Shown here: positions 1 through 11,936 of the stretch, piece after piece
Layout of the letters: the number at the start of each line of letters is the position of its first letter
Numbering within the stretch: position 1 is the stretch's first letter
Assembly (NCBI GenBank): GCA_964188305.1
Contig: OZ076890.1
DNA length: 64,000 nucleotides
Source: Podarcis bocagei
Lineage: Eukaryota
Reading direction: 5' to 3' (one strand)
Translations under genes and position numbers: made by a program
Notes under the pieces: generated by a model
The model's input: the letters and a program-made list of their open reading frames with translations, nothing else
What the model was told of the DNA's origin: nothing
Database searches by the model: none

Positions 1-1246
1 ATGCTTATATTTCCACATGATTCCCCCCATGAAAACAGCAGGAAAGAACTATATGCTGGTATACTGCCCCAAATTTTGTCTAATAATAATAATAATAATA
101 CCCTGCCCATCTCTGGGCGGCTCCCAACAGAATATTAAAAGCACAATAAAACATCAAACATTAACAACTTCCCTAAGAATGAGCTCTAAACATGACCTAT
201 ATTCCATTAGTTTTCTGGAAGTGGCCTTTACATTGCATGAAAGCTCAGATATAATGTAGAAACTAACAGTTAGGGAAATGAAACTAACAGTTAGGGGAAA
301 AACTCTCCATCAGTATTTGAAAAGGTGGCACTCCATCCTAGGTACATTTAGATTACATGCTCCAGCATTTGTACCTGCAATCATTTAATGTGTATAAGTA
401 CTGATTCATATAGACTCTCCTCAGTGAAAGTACAACTATGTTCAAATACCCACTTCAAATACATGATTGGCACAATAATTTTGAGTGCTCCAACTACTGG
501 TTGAGGAAGGCAGTGTTGAATTTAGTACTCTTCCCCAACAGGTAATTTTCATGGTCAAAGGAGCTATTCACAATCTCTTAGGTGCTGCATGCTTGGATGT
601 AATCTAGCACAAATAACTCCACACAAAGACTGGAGTTGTGGGCACAGTTTGTTTTTTAATCAAACATTTTGCCCATGCAAGATCCCACCCAGCAAGTATT
701 TCCTAGCCCTCAGCAATTTATGAAAAAACTTATCCCATAAATGCATCCGTGCCTAGCCTCCACTAATTTTCTAGCCCTTCTGAAAATTCAGGGATATAGT
801 GGTAAGTTCCACTAGTCAGGTGTGTGGATAAAATATAAATTCACAATAAAGTACTTTAAAAGTGTCTAATCCAGCCACAGTTAAATACTTTAAAGTTCCA
901 TTGACCAGTGGGAGAATGTTATCCCTCTGCTCAACTCTTCTATGGAAATCGGTGAGATGTGAAGCTTGATTCTATTAATGTTTGCTCATAGGTTTCAAAA
1001 TGGCTTACTCACTAGTATGTATGCATATAGCTGCAGTCATGTAGGGTGGCTTTTTGTGCATCACCCCAAAAGAGGGCACAGATTTGGATGAAATTTAAAT
1101 ATGCTTATTTATATGTACAGATGCAAATTTAGACATTATTACTATAATTTAAATAGCAATGTATTTTATCATAGTGTGGCTGTATTCATTGTAGCACTAA
1201 GGTGAACATTCCATCAGTGCAAGGAATTTCCCTTGCATGTCAGAAT

Positions 1247-1248
<2 letters not shown>

Positions 1249-1328
<80 letters not shown>
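1249..1328. repeat. Compound microsatellite (CT)n(CA)n
   Basis: Seen directly. Confidence 0.97.
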
Positions 1329-1329
<1 letters not shown>

Positions 1330-3568
1330 AAATTTCTTTTGGAGACAGCACTGGGCGTGTACTGTGGGGAGGAGGAAACCCCTTGCACTAGCACTAATCC
1401 TTGTGTTAGTGCAAAAGGTTAGTTGAATACCACCCACCGTGATCAGGCAACCTGTTTGCTTGCTCTGTCTGTTGCTCAGGTGCTAATTGTTGAAGTGGAA
1501 CTTCAAAATTCCAGTTCTGCTTTCTTACAGTTCTTTATCTTCAAAGCAGCCTCAGACCAGACAGTCCTTCAACTAGAGGACTACCCTATGTAATGTTGTG
1601 CAGGGATACCCTAATGCCATGTCACCAGGTGCATCTCAACTGATAAAATGAAAGAGTTCTGTATCCCTTTTAATGAAGAGTTATGTGTACCTCAAAAACT
1701 CACAGGCTCCTACACCACCAGTAAAACCTCTTACCAGTAAAAACGACCACCTTATTAATGAACTTTTATGTATCAAGTAGTATTTGTCAAGGACACAGGA
1801 GAGATCACTGGGATGAAGTAAAACAGTTACAGTTAATCAAGGCCAAAGGGCAAATTTACGTTGAGGCGAAGCACAAGCTGGACATGTAGAAAACATGAGC
1901 AACTGGGAGGGATAGCAGAAAGGAAGATAAATGAAAAATGAGGAAGTGCAGAAGCAATATTCACCTAGCGCAATGAAAACTAGTTTTTGAAGTGCCCAAA
2001 CATTATTTCCCCAAAGGACAAAAGATACAAGGCATATTATAGAACCTGTCACTGTAATCAGCCTCAAACTTGTGGGATCTCCGTCTTCAGTCTACTCTTA
2101 ATTTATCACCTCAAAAGCCATTACAACAGATGGCTGTGGAGGGACACTGAAAGTCTGTCCCAAAGGCGGCAATATTACGGGGACTGAAAAGAGAAGGAGA
2201 ATTTCTCCCTAGAAGATTAAATTCATCCTCTCTGGGCCCCCTTCGCTCCCTCCTGTTCTTGGCACTAGTCCATACACAGAAACAAAGCCTGATGTATGAT
2301 AGGGACACACATGTTAGTTACACTCTCGCCTTGAGAAAAAAGCACAATGGGTTGCCGGCACATTTCACACTACGTCACGTGCAAATAGCACTGGCAAATT
2401 GAAATTGCTGCTGTGGGAACATTTCACGCTAAATAATATCTTCCATACCCTTCTCCCTCTCTCCTACAATTTGCCGGCTGTCTCTGCAGCCGGCAGTCCC
2501 AGGCAATTAGTTACCCACCCCTGTCCCCAAAGCGGGGAGAGCAAGGGCCCTTGACCCCCATTGGTGATATATTTATAATCAGCAATAAAAGTCTCTCAGC
2601 TTATCCCTTTTAAAGAAACTTCTGGTATTGAGTGGGGGGAGGTATGGTGGGATTCAGGGTAGTGGTGGTTGGTACTGTTCTAGACTGGTGAAATGGAGTT
2701 AATTAAAAGTGGCCACTCTGCCTTTTCATGCCCTGACATTCCTGTCAGCTCCTTCCCCACCCCCACCAGCAGTTTGGAAATCATGTGACTAGTATATTCC
2801 CCCTCTCCTCGCTCCCTGCAAGCATGCTGTGAGATAAATGTTCCCATCTTCTCATCCCTTCTTCCAGCAAGAAACTCTGCAGTGCAAAAGCCCTGCCATT
2901 TTTCTTTCTTTCTTCCCTCTTCTGCTTGTAGACAAAGTCTATTGCATATTGTTCAGAAATGAGGAAGACAAGATGAACCTCAAAACAGGTCACTTTAGGT
3001 CACTATCTGGATTGATGCCCTTGTGCCTTTAACTGGTGCACGGCGAGGGGAAATTCAGCATGTGAAATCTTCCCCATCATTGCAGTTCCATACTGGGGAA
3101 AGTTTCAGTGGTGCAACTAAATAATTTTAAACCTTGGATGCAATCGAGGCCCCTCCCCTTTGGATGACCTTGTGTATTACATCAGTTGTGTAGCACACAG
3201 ATAATATTACCATTCCTTGCTTTAAAACAGCTTCCACATTCCTACTATGCTGGAGCAAAAAAATGCCAATGCTGATTTTTTTAAAAAAAAATAAATTGCT
3301 GAATATGTGTAATTTTGCATTTTCAACCATCATGACTACAAGCAGGGCTTTTTTCTGCAAAAAACTTGACAGAACTCAGTTATGGCACCTCTCAGGTGGG
3401 CACCATTGCCATTCTAAGAGAACAAGGGAGGTGTTCATGGCGAGTTCCAGCACATCTTTTTCTAGAAAAATAACACGGACTCAAAGTATAAAAAAGTTTG
3501 CTTCATCTGCCCTGCTGCTAAACACGTGGCATTTATGTGGCACCATTTTGTTGTATGTAAGTATAATA

Positions 3569-3790
3569 CAGTGGTACCTCAGGTTACATATGCTTCAGGT
3601 TACAGACTCTGCTAACCCAAAAATAGTACCTCGGGTTAAGAACTTTGCTTCAGGATGAGAACAGAAATCGTGCTCCGGCGGTGCGGCAGCAGCGGGAGGC
3701 CCCATTAGCTAAAGTGGTGCTTCAGGTTAAGAACAGTTTCAAGTTAAGTACGGACCTCCGGAACGAATTAAGTACTTAAATATACCACTG
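3569..3790. mobile_element. Tc1/mariner-pogo (Tigger-like) MITE, family A
   Basis: TA-CAGTGGTA...TACCACTG-TA with internal CTTCAGGTTA repeats. A second copy lies at 43053-43293. Confidence 0.85.
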
Positions 3791-4924
3791 TATATTTTTA
3801 GAGTGAAAATAGGAAAATGAGCACCTGTAACTATGTATATATATATGACCAGCCACCCACCCCGATTGTAAAACATAGGGCGGTAACCATCTGAATAGTT
3901 CTTTTAGTTCAATGTCTTTTAGCTGCACAATGTAACTTACCTGCCCTCTCTTTTCCCTGTGTGGCGTCAGAATCTGTTCTGTGTGTGCCCCCCCCCCAAC
4001 CCTCTGAAGCAGATTTCGTGGGCTTCTGGGGAGGGCACAGGCATATTTAGGGGAGCATGACCAGTTCACCCTCACTGGGCACTGAGACGACGGGGTGCCA
4101 AAGGAGGCACTGCAACAATGATGTGGAATGGAAGGCAAGAGAGGGCGCCAATTTTTGGCCTTGTGCAGCACACTACTGAAATTTGAAAGCCCAAAGTCTG
4201 CCACTGGCACAGGTAGAGGAGAGGGCAGGGAAATTCCATCGTGCAGCTAAAAATCCTTGTACTAGTGGAGCTGTTTAGTTCTTCTCTTAAATTGTACCTA
4301 ACTGACAGTGCATTCCTGTACAGCTCTGCTCAGAAGTAAGCCCCATTGAGGGATTTGGACCCAGCAAAAACATAGCAACTCTAGTCTGGATACAACCCAC
4401 TGACACAATTCCAAGTGATGCTTTAAACATCTTGTCTAGTTTGACCTTTAGATGGCTTTACACAGGGATTAGATAAGCTTGGGGAGCCTAGAACTATCCA
4501 CAGCTATGTTGGCCACAATTAATAAATTAATTTACAAGACTGTTTACTCTGGTGACTGTAGAATCACAGGAACATTGCCATTCCCTCAGTGGAATTTTCA
4601 AATTACATTCTGTTGCAAAAGGCCCCAGTGCTCAAAAGTGTGCAGAGCTGCAGGTGATCTGTTTTGCTGTGGTCTGTGTCCCTCTCTCCTAAAACTTGGC
4701 ACAGATAGTTTTGACTTCCCTTTGCTTTTAGGATTAAAAAAGCTTGGAAACTGAGGGAAAGAAACGTGATATATCTAGGTGGGTCAGGGTGAGGGGTTTG
4801 TGACAAGAGCTCTTTACTAGGTTAGCCACGGTGAAGGAAAATACGAGGTTTTAAAGTACTTTTATTTCAGCAGTAAGTCGGCTTTCTTGGAGGCTCCTGT
4901 ACCAAGAGTTCTCACAATTGAGCA

Positions 4925-5330
4925 CAATATGCGTGCGCGCGCGCACACACATGTGTATGGACGTGTGTAGATGGGGGGCAGGGGCGGCCGTTAAAAAGCC
5001 TTGCTGAGAAAGGTATTTCTTGTGGAAGAAAAAAGGCAGGCCCCTTGCTCCCTACTGAGACCATTTCTCCTGCTTTGCCGGAGCTGTCAGGCATGAATCC
5101 CAGTAGCATTCCGTAACTAATTGACAGTAATGGGGGCCATTGGGAGTCTAAGAATACATGGCATTACCCAGCATGCATTGGAGCAAAGAGGAGGGAGGGA
5201 GGCTCAGAGGGCAGCTGTGGGAGAAATAAAGAATGTCTTTTAAACTCTCTCTCTCCCCCCCCCCAACCCCCAAGTTTTGTTACAGAGACAGGGGGTGAGA
5301 CGACTAAGAGGCAAAATGATTTCTGGGAAA
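4925..5330. promoter_or_regulatory. Candidate promoter or enhancer with ZNF143/Staf and NRF1-like motifs
   Basis: TTACCCAGCATGCATTGG (5165-5182) fits the Staf consensus. TGCGTGCGCGCGCGCA near 4930, GGGGCGG near 4981 and TGACAG (Meis/TGIF) near 5122. Repeat-free. Confidence 0.45.
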
Positions 5331-5848
5331 CGTTATTTCTCTAAAATTATGAAACAATGCATTTCTTGTCTGTCAGCTGCAGTATCTCAGTGTGGGATCC
5401 TGGCACCCTAACGAAGAAGCAGATGGGATTTCCATTTAAAGTTAGTGAAATCTGAAGAAAGCATCTCAAACTCATATTCTTCACTCACCCCCCTCCTGTT
5501 AAGAACAGTCTATAATATGGGAGATTCTGCTGACTCTCCTGTTGAGTCTCTTTTTCTGACAGACCTCACTGGTTGAAAATCCCCCTGCAGGTGAATGCCT
5601 TTTTCTTCAAACATTTAAAAAAAACCCCACTCAGATTTGGGCTGGTGGGAGGTGGGGTAGTGAAGGATGACAGAGGTTGCTGGCAGGTTTCCCATGCTCT
5701 TATGTCAGTGGATTGTTCCAGCACTGCAAATATTTATTTTGTTTTATTTTTTGGCCATTTTATTCCCAGTTAGCATGTTTTGAAGATTCTTCAAACTATG
5801 AATGTAATTTTGAAATGGGTAGCTGAGAAATACTGTTTTACAAAATAC

Positions 5849-6012
5849 AGTTGAACCTCTGTTTGGTTATGTAACTTCGGGATGTGCGTGTGGCAAACCC
5901 GGAAGTATTTCACCGGGTTTCATTGTGCGCAGATGCGCAGAAGCAGTCCTCAGGTTGCGGAAACCTCGTGATCCGAGCAGACCTCCATAACGGATCCATC
6001 CGCAACCCACTG
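5849..6012. mobile_element. Degenerate TA-flanked MITE
   Basis: TA-CAGTTG...CCACTG-TA with a CpG-rich interior. Confidence 0.55.
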
Positions 6013-6210
6013 TACTGCTGCTGTTAAAAATATAAAAATGGCTACCATACAATTCACACATACAGATAATTCCTTAGTGTTATTATTTTTTATCTGTCAG
6101 TGAGCTCCTATTTAAATAGTGTTTGAATAGTACCTGAATGAAGGGCAGATAGTTCACCTGAACTATAAGGGTTATCTTGCAAATGCTAAATCTACACAGA
6201 ATAGCCCAGT

Positions 6211-6351
6211 TCACAGAGTTGTAGAGTTGGAAGGGACTACAAGGGTCATCTAGTCCAACCACCTGCAATGCAGGAATTTTTCAGCCAACGTGGGGCTCAA
6301 ACCTACAACCCTGAGATTAAGAGTCTCATGCTCTACTGACTGAGCTATCCC
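6211..6351 (-). mobile_element. tRNA-Lys(CTT)-derived SINE with CR1 3' tail (POM/P.s.1-type)
   Basis: The minus strand reads GGGATAGCTCAGTCAGTAGAGCATGAGACTCTTAATCTCAGGGTTGTAGGTTTGAGCCCCACGTTGG (tRNA-Lys-like). The tail that follows is nearly identical to the CR1 3' end at 35760-35830. Confidence 0.85.
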
Positions 6352-6452
6352 TCAGTTCTTTCTTCCCTTGATTGTTTATTCAATATCAAAATGTCCCAAG
6401 TTTTCTCAGATATTGCTCAGCTATTGGTCAGTTCTCAAAGACGTAGGTAGTA

Positions 6453-6785
6453 CTGTATATTTCCCTGTATAACACACCCCCGTGTATAAGACGACCCCTA
6501 TTTTTTGGGATCCCAAATTAAGGAAAAGGGGGGAGATTGCCACCAATCGTCTGCCTGCTGGCCACCAGCAGCTGCCAATCACCCGCCCAATTGCCGCCAC
6601 CGCTGCAATCGCCAGCAGGCCTTGCTGCAGCCACCGATCACCCGCCCAATCGCCGCTAACAATCTCCTGCTTGCGGCTGCCACCAATCGCCCGTCCCTCC
6701 TCTGCACTATCGGTGTATAAGATGATCCCCAATTTTTAACATTTTTTTATCATTTAAAAATTGTCTTATACACGGAGAAATACAG
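6453..6785. mobile_element. pogo/Tc2-like MITE
   Basis: TA-CTGTATATTTCCCTGTATAA...TTATACACGGAGAAATACAG-TA with internal CCAATCGCC repeats. Confidence 0.8.
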
Positions 6786-7756
6786 TACTTTTCCAGATAT
6801 TTGCAAACATAATACAGGCAGCTATGAGTAATACTAAAACAATCCCCTCTCTCTTAATCTGATGTTTCATATGTCCTAAAAGCATTGTAATTGGGTCTGT
6901 CTGAAGATTACAACCTGTTATCTCTGTCATAATATCATGAATTTGTTTCCAATGCTTCTTAATTCCATAGCCTTCCCATCATATAATTGTATTTCTGCTT
7001 TTGTTATAATCTACTCTGTCTCATTCCTGTTTATTGTACCATATCCAGTCTGTGGGTGCCATATAATTTCCTAGTTCTTTTTCCAATCACCTGGGAAAGG
7101 GGAGTATGAAACCTGGCATTTCTATTGTTGCAAAATAATAAGTAATTGGCAAACTCCATATATTTCCATTCTACTTTAGCGTGTAACCACAGGATGTAGG
7201 AATAGATGAACAGCAAATTGCATACTTTATTTCACTGGTGGGGAACTTGTGGGCCTTCTGATGTTGCTGGACTCCAACTCCCAGCAGCTCTGGCCAGCAT
7301 GGGCAATAGTCAAGGATGATGGGAGTTGGAGTCCAATGACATCTGGAACACTGCACAGCTGCATATTATTTGCACAGCTGCATATTATTATGTTCAGTTG
7401 CACATCAATTTATATAATTGCAGGACTATATCATCTTCACCTTGCAATATGATGACTGGTAAGGCATTCCATGTCAGGAATAGCTGAGCTAGGCTACTGT
7501 GTGTGCATGTGTGTCATTCAAGGCGCACTCTTTTGGAATGTTTCTATGAAAGTGTGGTAACAGATATATTGAGTTAACCCCCAGCTTGACCATCATGATC
7601 ACTTATATGCTGGTAAAATTTGTGTTCCCTTGTGGCATCCTGCTTCACCAGACCTGTGCTGTCATTATACCTTCCATTCTGGAATAAAAGGTGATTGCAT
7701 ACTATTTTTATTTTGGCTTGCTGGTGTGTATGTGGTGTCCAAACTTTGCATGCCTG

Positions 7757-7931
7757 CAGGGGTTCCAACTTGATTAAAATATGGGGGGCCCTGCCTAATC
7801 GATCACAAGATGCAGAACACACACCCCATTTGAATGGCAATGCCCATTAACTCGGGGGGGGGGGAGTAGCTCTCTTAAATATTTATTGGGGGGGGCAAAG
7901 GGACCTCGACTCCTAGGAGTTGGCTCCTATG
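7757..7931. mobile_element. hAT MITE (third family)
   Basis: 8-bp TSD CATGCCTG at 7749-7756 and 7932-7939. Imperfect TIR CAGGGGTTCCAACT/AGTTGGCTCCTATG. Confidence 0.75.
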
Positions 7932-8429
7932 CATGCCTGCAGATAGACAGCATGAGTTACTGCAATTTACTGCTTCAGTGTGGCAAAAAAGTACAATTCT
8001 GTTGCAGTACAGATAATGAAAGCTTCTCCTAAACAACAACAACAAGAGTGACAGACATGCAGAATAAGTTGCGGCAAGGAAGCCATACCAGTAAAGACAA
8101 TTTCTTGACACGAAGTATCCAACTACTATGTAAATACAGCATCTGCTTCTCTAACTTGGCAGCAATTTAAAAAGTAGTCCTCTGAGCTAGGTCTATGTCA
8201 TATCCCCACAGCCCCTAGCACAATAAACAATAAATGCTGGATCTGTAGGACTTTTTTGTAAAAGGAATAGAGGATATTTCCTGCTACATTCACACACATG
8301 ATGCATTCTAAGCATATAATATTTAGTACTCTTCCTATTCCATGAGCCAGCCAAATTCCACACCTCATGATAGTTCTATTATACCTGCCCTTTAGTTCTT
8401 CTTTCTGTTTTGCACCAAGCAGCACCTTA

Positions 8430-8790
8430 AAGTGGGAAGAACAACTACCAAAAAAGCAAAGGATGGCCTGCAGAGCGGGGGATGGGAAGCAAGTTTTAAA
8501 ATAAAAAATGATAAGTGATGAATGGGAGCAGCTAATCCCGGGAAACCTTGAGAATATAGAGCAGTGCCTGTGGGGCCTCCCTTTTTTCTTTTCATTTAAT
8601 TTCCCCCCCTTTTCTTTAATTTCGCTGCAGCACATATAATCAATTATGGCCTGAATCGAGGATAAGGGGTGGGGAAGCACTTCAATTCATAAATCAATTT
8701 TATACGGTCATCAGTCAGGTTGTGAATGCAAATACCTCTGTCGGTTTAGGTTATTCAGAATTAATTGACTCCCACCGGGCTGGACTGCAG
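8430..8790. promoter_or_regulatory. Candidate developmental enhancer (Pbx-Hox, octamer and homeodomain motifs)
   Basis: TCATAAATCA (= TGATTTATGA) at 8687-8696, ATGCAAAT at 8726-8733 and several TAAT cores in repeat-free DNA. Confidence 0.45.
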
Positions 8791-11413
8791 ATGGAGAGGA
8801 GCTTTCTCACAAAGTCTCCTTGGGCTCAGCATGGGGGCGGGTAGGCAGTCCTCCTTCTCTCTCTCTCTCTCTCTCTCCCCCCCCCCCCGCACTCTCTTGT
8901 ATTATACTATAGTATAGAAGGTGGAGGGAGGTAAGTTAGTTGTGTGTGTGAGTGGGGTGCGGGGAGAGATACTTGAAGAAAGAAAGGGATATGCAAAGAT
9001 TAAAGTGCCTATTGCCTCTTCAGCTCATAGACACTTTTATGTGATTAGAAATGCATTGCTTTCAAGGGTTAGCTTTAAAGCCTTGAGCTTCTCAAGTAAG
9101 AAAACAAATAGAAATGCCGAGACCCAGTGTTCAGAGTTTGAGCTAGTCTCATGTCATTAAAGAGCCACTTTCATTTGGCACTTTCACATCTGCGTTACTG
9201 TTTCAAAGTCAAGCCAAGGTCGGCAGCAGCCATAAGTCATTGACATCTAGCGTTAGTATGGATGCATGATTCAAAAAAGAGAGAAGTGGACAGAAACCCA
9301 TCTTAATAGATACTAGAAAGATACAAGATTTTTTTTAAAAAAACCTCTATCTACTCCTTAGATCTATGAACAGGGAGGCCTCAGGGTAGTTTCATAAGTA
9401 CTTTTACCATACAAAGTTTTCAAGGATTTATGCAAAAAAGAGGTTTTCAAACCATAGTTATGAGACCGCTAGGCATTAAACATGGCGTCACTGCATGTCT
9501 AATTCTAAACCATGGTTAACACTAATCAGAAAAAGAGGGAGTATTCACTCTAGGCAAAAGAAGAAAGGGGTAGAAAAAACATTATTTATTGGTCATATTT
9601 ATATGTTGTGTGTGAATTAGTTTGTATTGATATTTTGTTGACCAGCCTGGAGTTTATTTTATTAATTAATTATATTTACTTTAATATTTACTTCATTATT
9701 TTCCAAGCCAAGTTGAGGCCAACCTAGCTCAGTAAGGGCTTCTGACTGTGTATTAGTATCAAAATATTTAGGCCACCACCACTTAAGGATGGAAATGATT
9801 TTTTTTCATATGCTATTCTCTTTGGTACTCAGTATGCATCATTACATTGACCTTATTTTTGCTCACAAAATTTAATTCCCTGTAGAGCAGGGCAGGGGAA
9901 ACTTTGGCTCACCAGTTGTTACTGGACTACAACTCCCATAATTCCTAACCATAACGTGCTGGCTGGGACTGATGGGAATTGAAGTCCAACAAAACATATG
10001 AAGGACCAAAGATTCCCCAGTCCTGCTGTTTAAAGTTCACTGCCATTGAGAGCTATTATTTGGAATTCTGACGTTAAGGCAGGTGTGTGGAATTGGTAAC
10101 CTTCCAGATGTTGTTGGACCAACCTCTGCACTGCACTTGTTTGCATCCCCCGCTTCCCAATTTCATATGAAAGAGTGGGGGGAGAGAGATCTTCTATTCC
10201 CCTAATGGACATGTGCACGTTGGGAGCAGGGCCTGCTGCCATGATGTACGGCCAGCATCCTGCCATGTGTTCTTTGTGTATGTACAGGCAGAGACCATTT
10301 CACACAGGCATGTTCTTGGCCACTGCGCACATCAGCAGAGAGTGTGCCCCATTCCGCCCCCATTCCGCCGTCTTCTGGGTCTAAAAGGACGTGCACATCG
10401 GCGATCACGCATCAATTGGACCCACCCAAAATGGCAACCGCTTGTATATGCATCACCACACACTGGCTGAAGATGATAGGAGTTGTTGTCATCCAAATAT
10501 CAGGAGGGCACCAGATCGGTAACAGCTAGCGTATAGCTTTAAATAAACCTGCACAAACGTTAGTTCCTCTTCCTTCTTCAAGATCTGGATGGTGTCTCTC
10601 GGTGCAGGCCTTAGAACCAAGGCAGCATGCAATGTACCGTAGTTAGCATTTCCTATGTTTAGAAACTTAAAAAGAAGTCTGTTGTTTAAGTTGCCAACTC
10701 TCTTCTTCGTTTCCCTCGACCGCCTCTCACCTTCCATTCTACATCATAGTTGTGGCACCTCTGCAGTTCTCCCAAGGCTCCGTGCCCAGTGCAACCAAAC
10801 TGGTCATGCTCTGGGTTACTAATTGAGCATACAATCCAAACTTGCTTTGTATTGAGCTGGGGGAGGGGAAGATTGAATTGAATTGAATTGGACTGGACTA
10901 GACTGGGCAGAGAAGGGCTATCTCCAATTTCTCAGTTTCTCATTCTTCCATTCATCACATTTCCACATCAGTGGAATTCACACCAGCATTTTAGTGTGAT
11001 GTCATGTATGTTATTTTGCATATTGTATGCTATTTCTAATAATTATCCATTTTTGTGCACACTTTTCCCCAATATATGCATTTTTAATGCATATTGTTTG
11101 GCTGGAGAACTGCATTGCATATTTGGGTGAAGTGCAAAATTCGAATAATGGCAGTACTGGAAGTTGGTAAAGAGAGCCTGTGCTGGGTCTGGGAGTGAAC
11201 AAGAAGTCAGTGTACTGTAGGCCCCAACAAAAGCCGTGGCAATAACAACACCAGATTCACCACAGAACTTTGGCCATGGTCTACTTCTTCACAGAAATCA
11301 GAAGGATGCAATACAGAAGTCTAGCCTTGAGATTAGGGTAACAAGGAACAACATTATTTGGATTAAATCTGAAACAAGAGGTGCCTTCGCTCTCACAAGA
11401 CAGATACGGTCAT

Positions 11414-11936
11414 GTTGTTTAGTCGTTTAGTCGTGTCCGACTCTTCGTGACCCCATGGACCAGAGCACGCCAGGCACTCCTGTCCTTCCACTGCCTCCCG
11501 CAGTTTGGTCAGACTCATGTTGGTAGTTTCGAGAACACTGTCCAACCATCTTGTCCTCTGTCGTCCCCGTCTCCTTGTGCCATCAACCTTTCCCAACATC
11601 AGGGTCTTTTCCAGGGAGTCTTCTCTTCTCATGAGGTGGCCAAAGTATTGGAGCCTCAGCTTCAGGATCTGTCCTTCCAGTGAGCACTCAGGGCTGATTT
11701 CCTTAAGAATGGATAGGTTTGATCTTCTTGCAGTCCATGGGACTCTCAAGAGTCTCCTCCAGCACCATAATTCAAAAGCATCAATTCTTCGGCGATCAGC
11801 CTTCTTTATGGTCCAGCTCTCACTTCCATACATCACTACTGGGAAAACCATGGCTTTAACTATACGGACCTTTGTTGGTAAGGTGATGTCTCAGTCATAG
11901 GCTCCGTGGTTTAACCCACAGCGTCACCCGCGTCCC
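11414..11936 (-). mobile_element. Chimeric retro-insertion: Sauria-SINE 5' head (about 11896-11936) fused to a Bov-B (RTE) LINE 3' end (about 11414-11893)
   Basis: ORF 11393-11851 (VMYGSESWTIKKADRRRIDAFELWCWRRLLRVPWTARRSN...LQYFGHLMRR) is the RTE/Bov-B C-terminus. The 5' end GGGACGCGGGTGACGCTGTGGGTTAAACCAC matches the heads of the Sauria SINEs in this window. TSD AGATACGGTCAT at 11402-11413 and 11938-11949. Confidence 0.88.

Noticed and set aside
6280-6351. Apparent tRNA-Lys gene (minus strand)
   Set aside because: The acceptor stem is incomplete, the T-loop is mutated and it is fused to a CR1 tail, so it is a SINE head.
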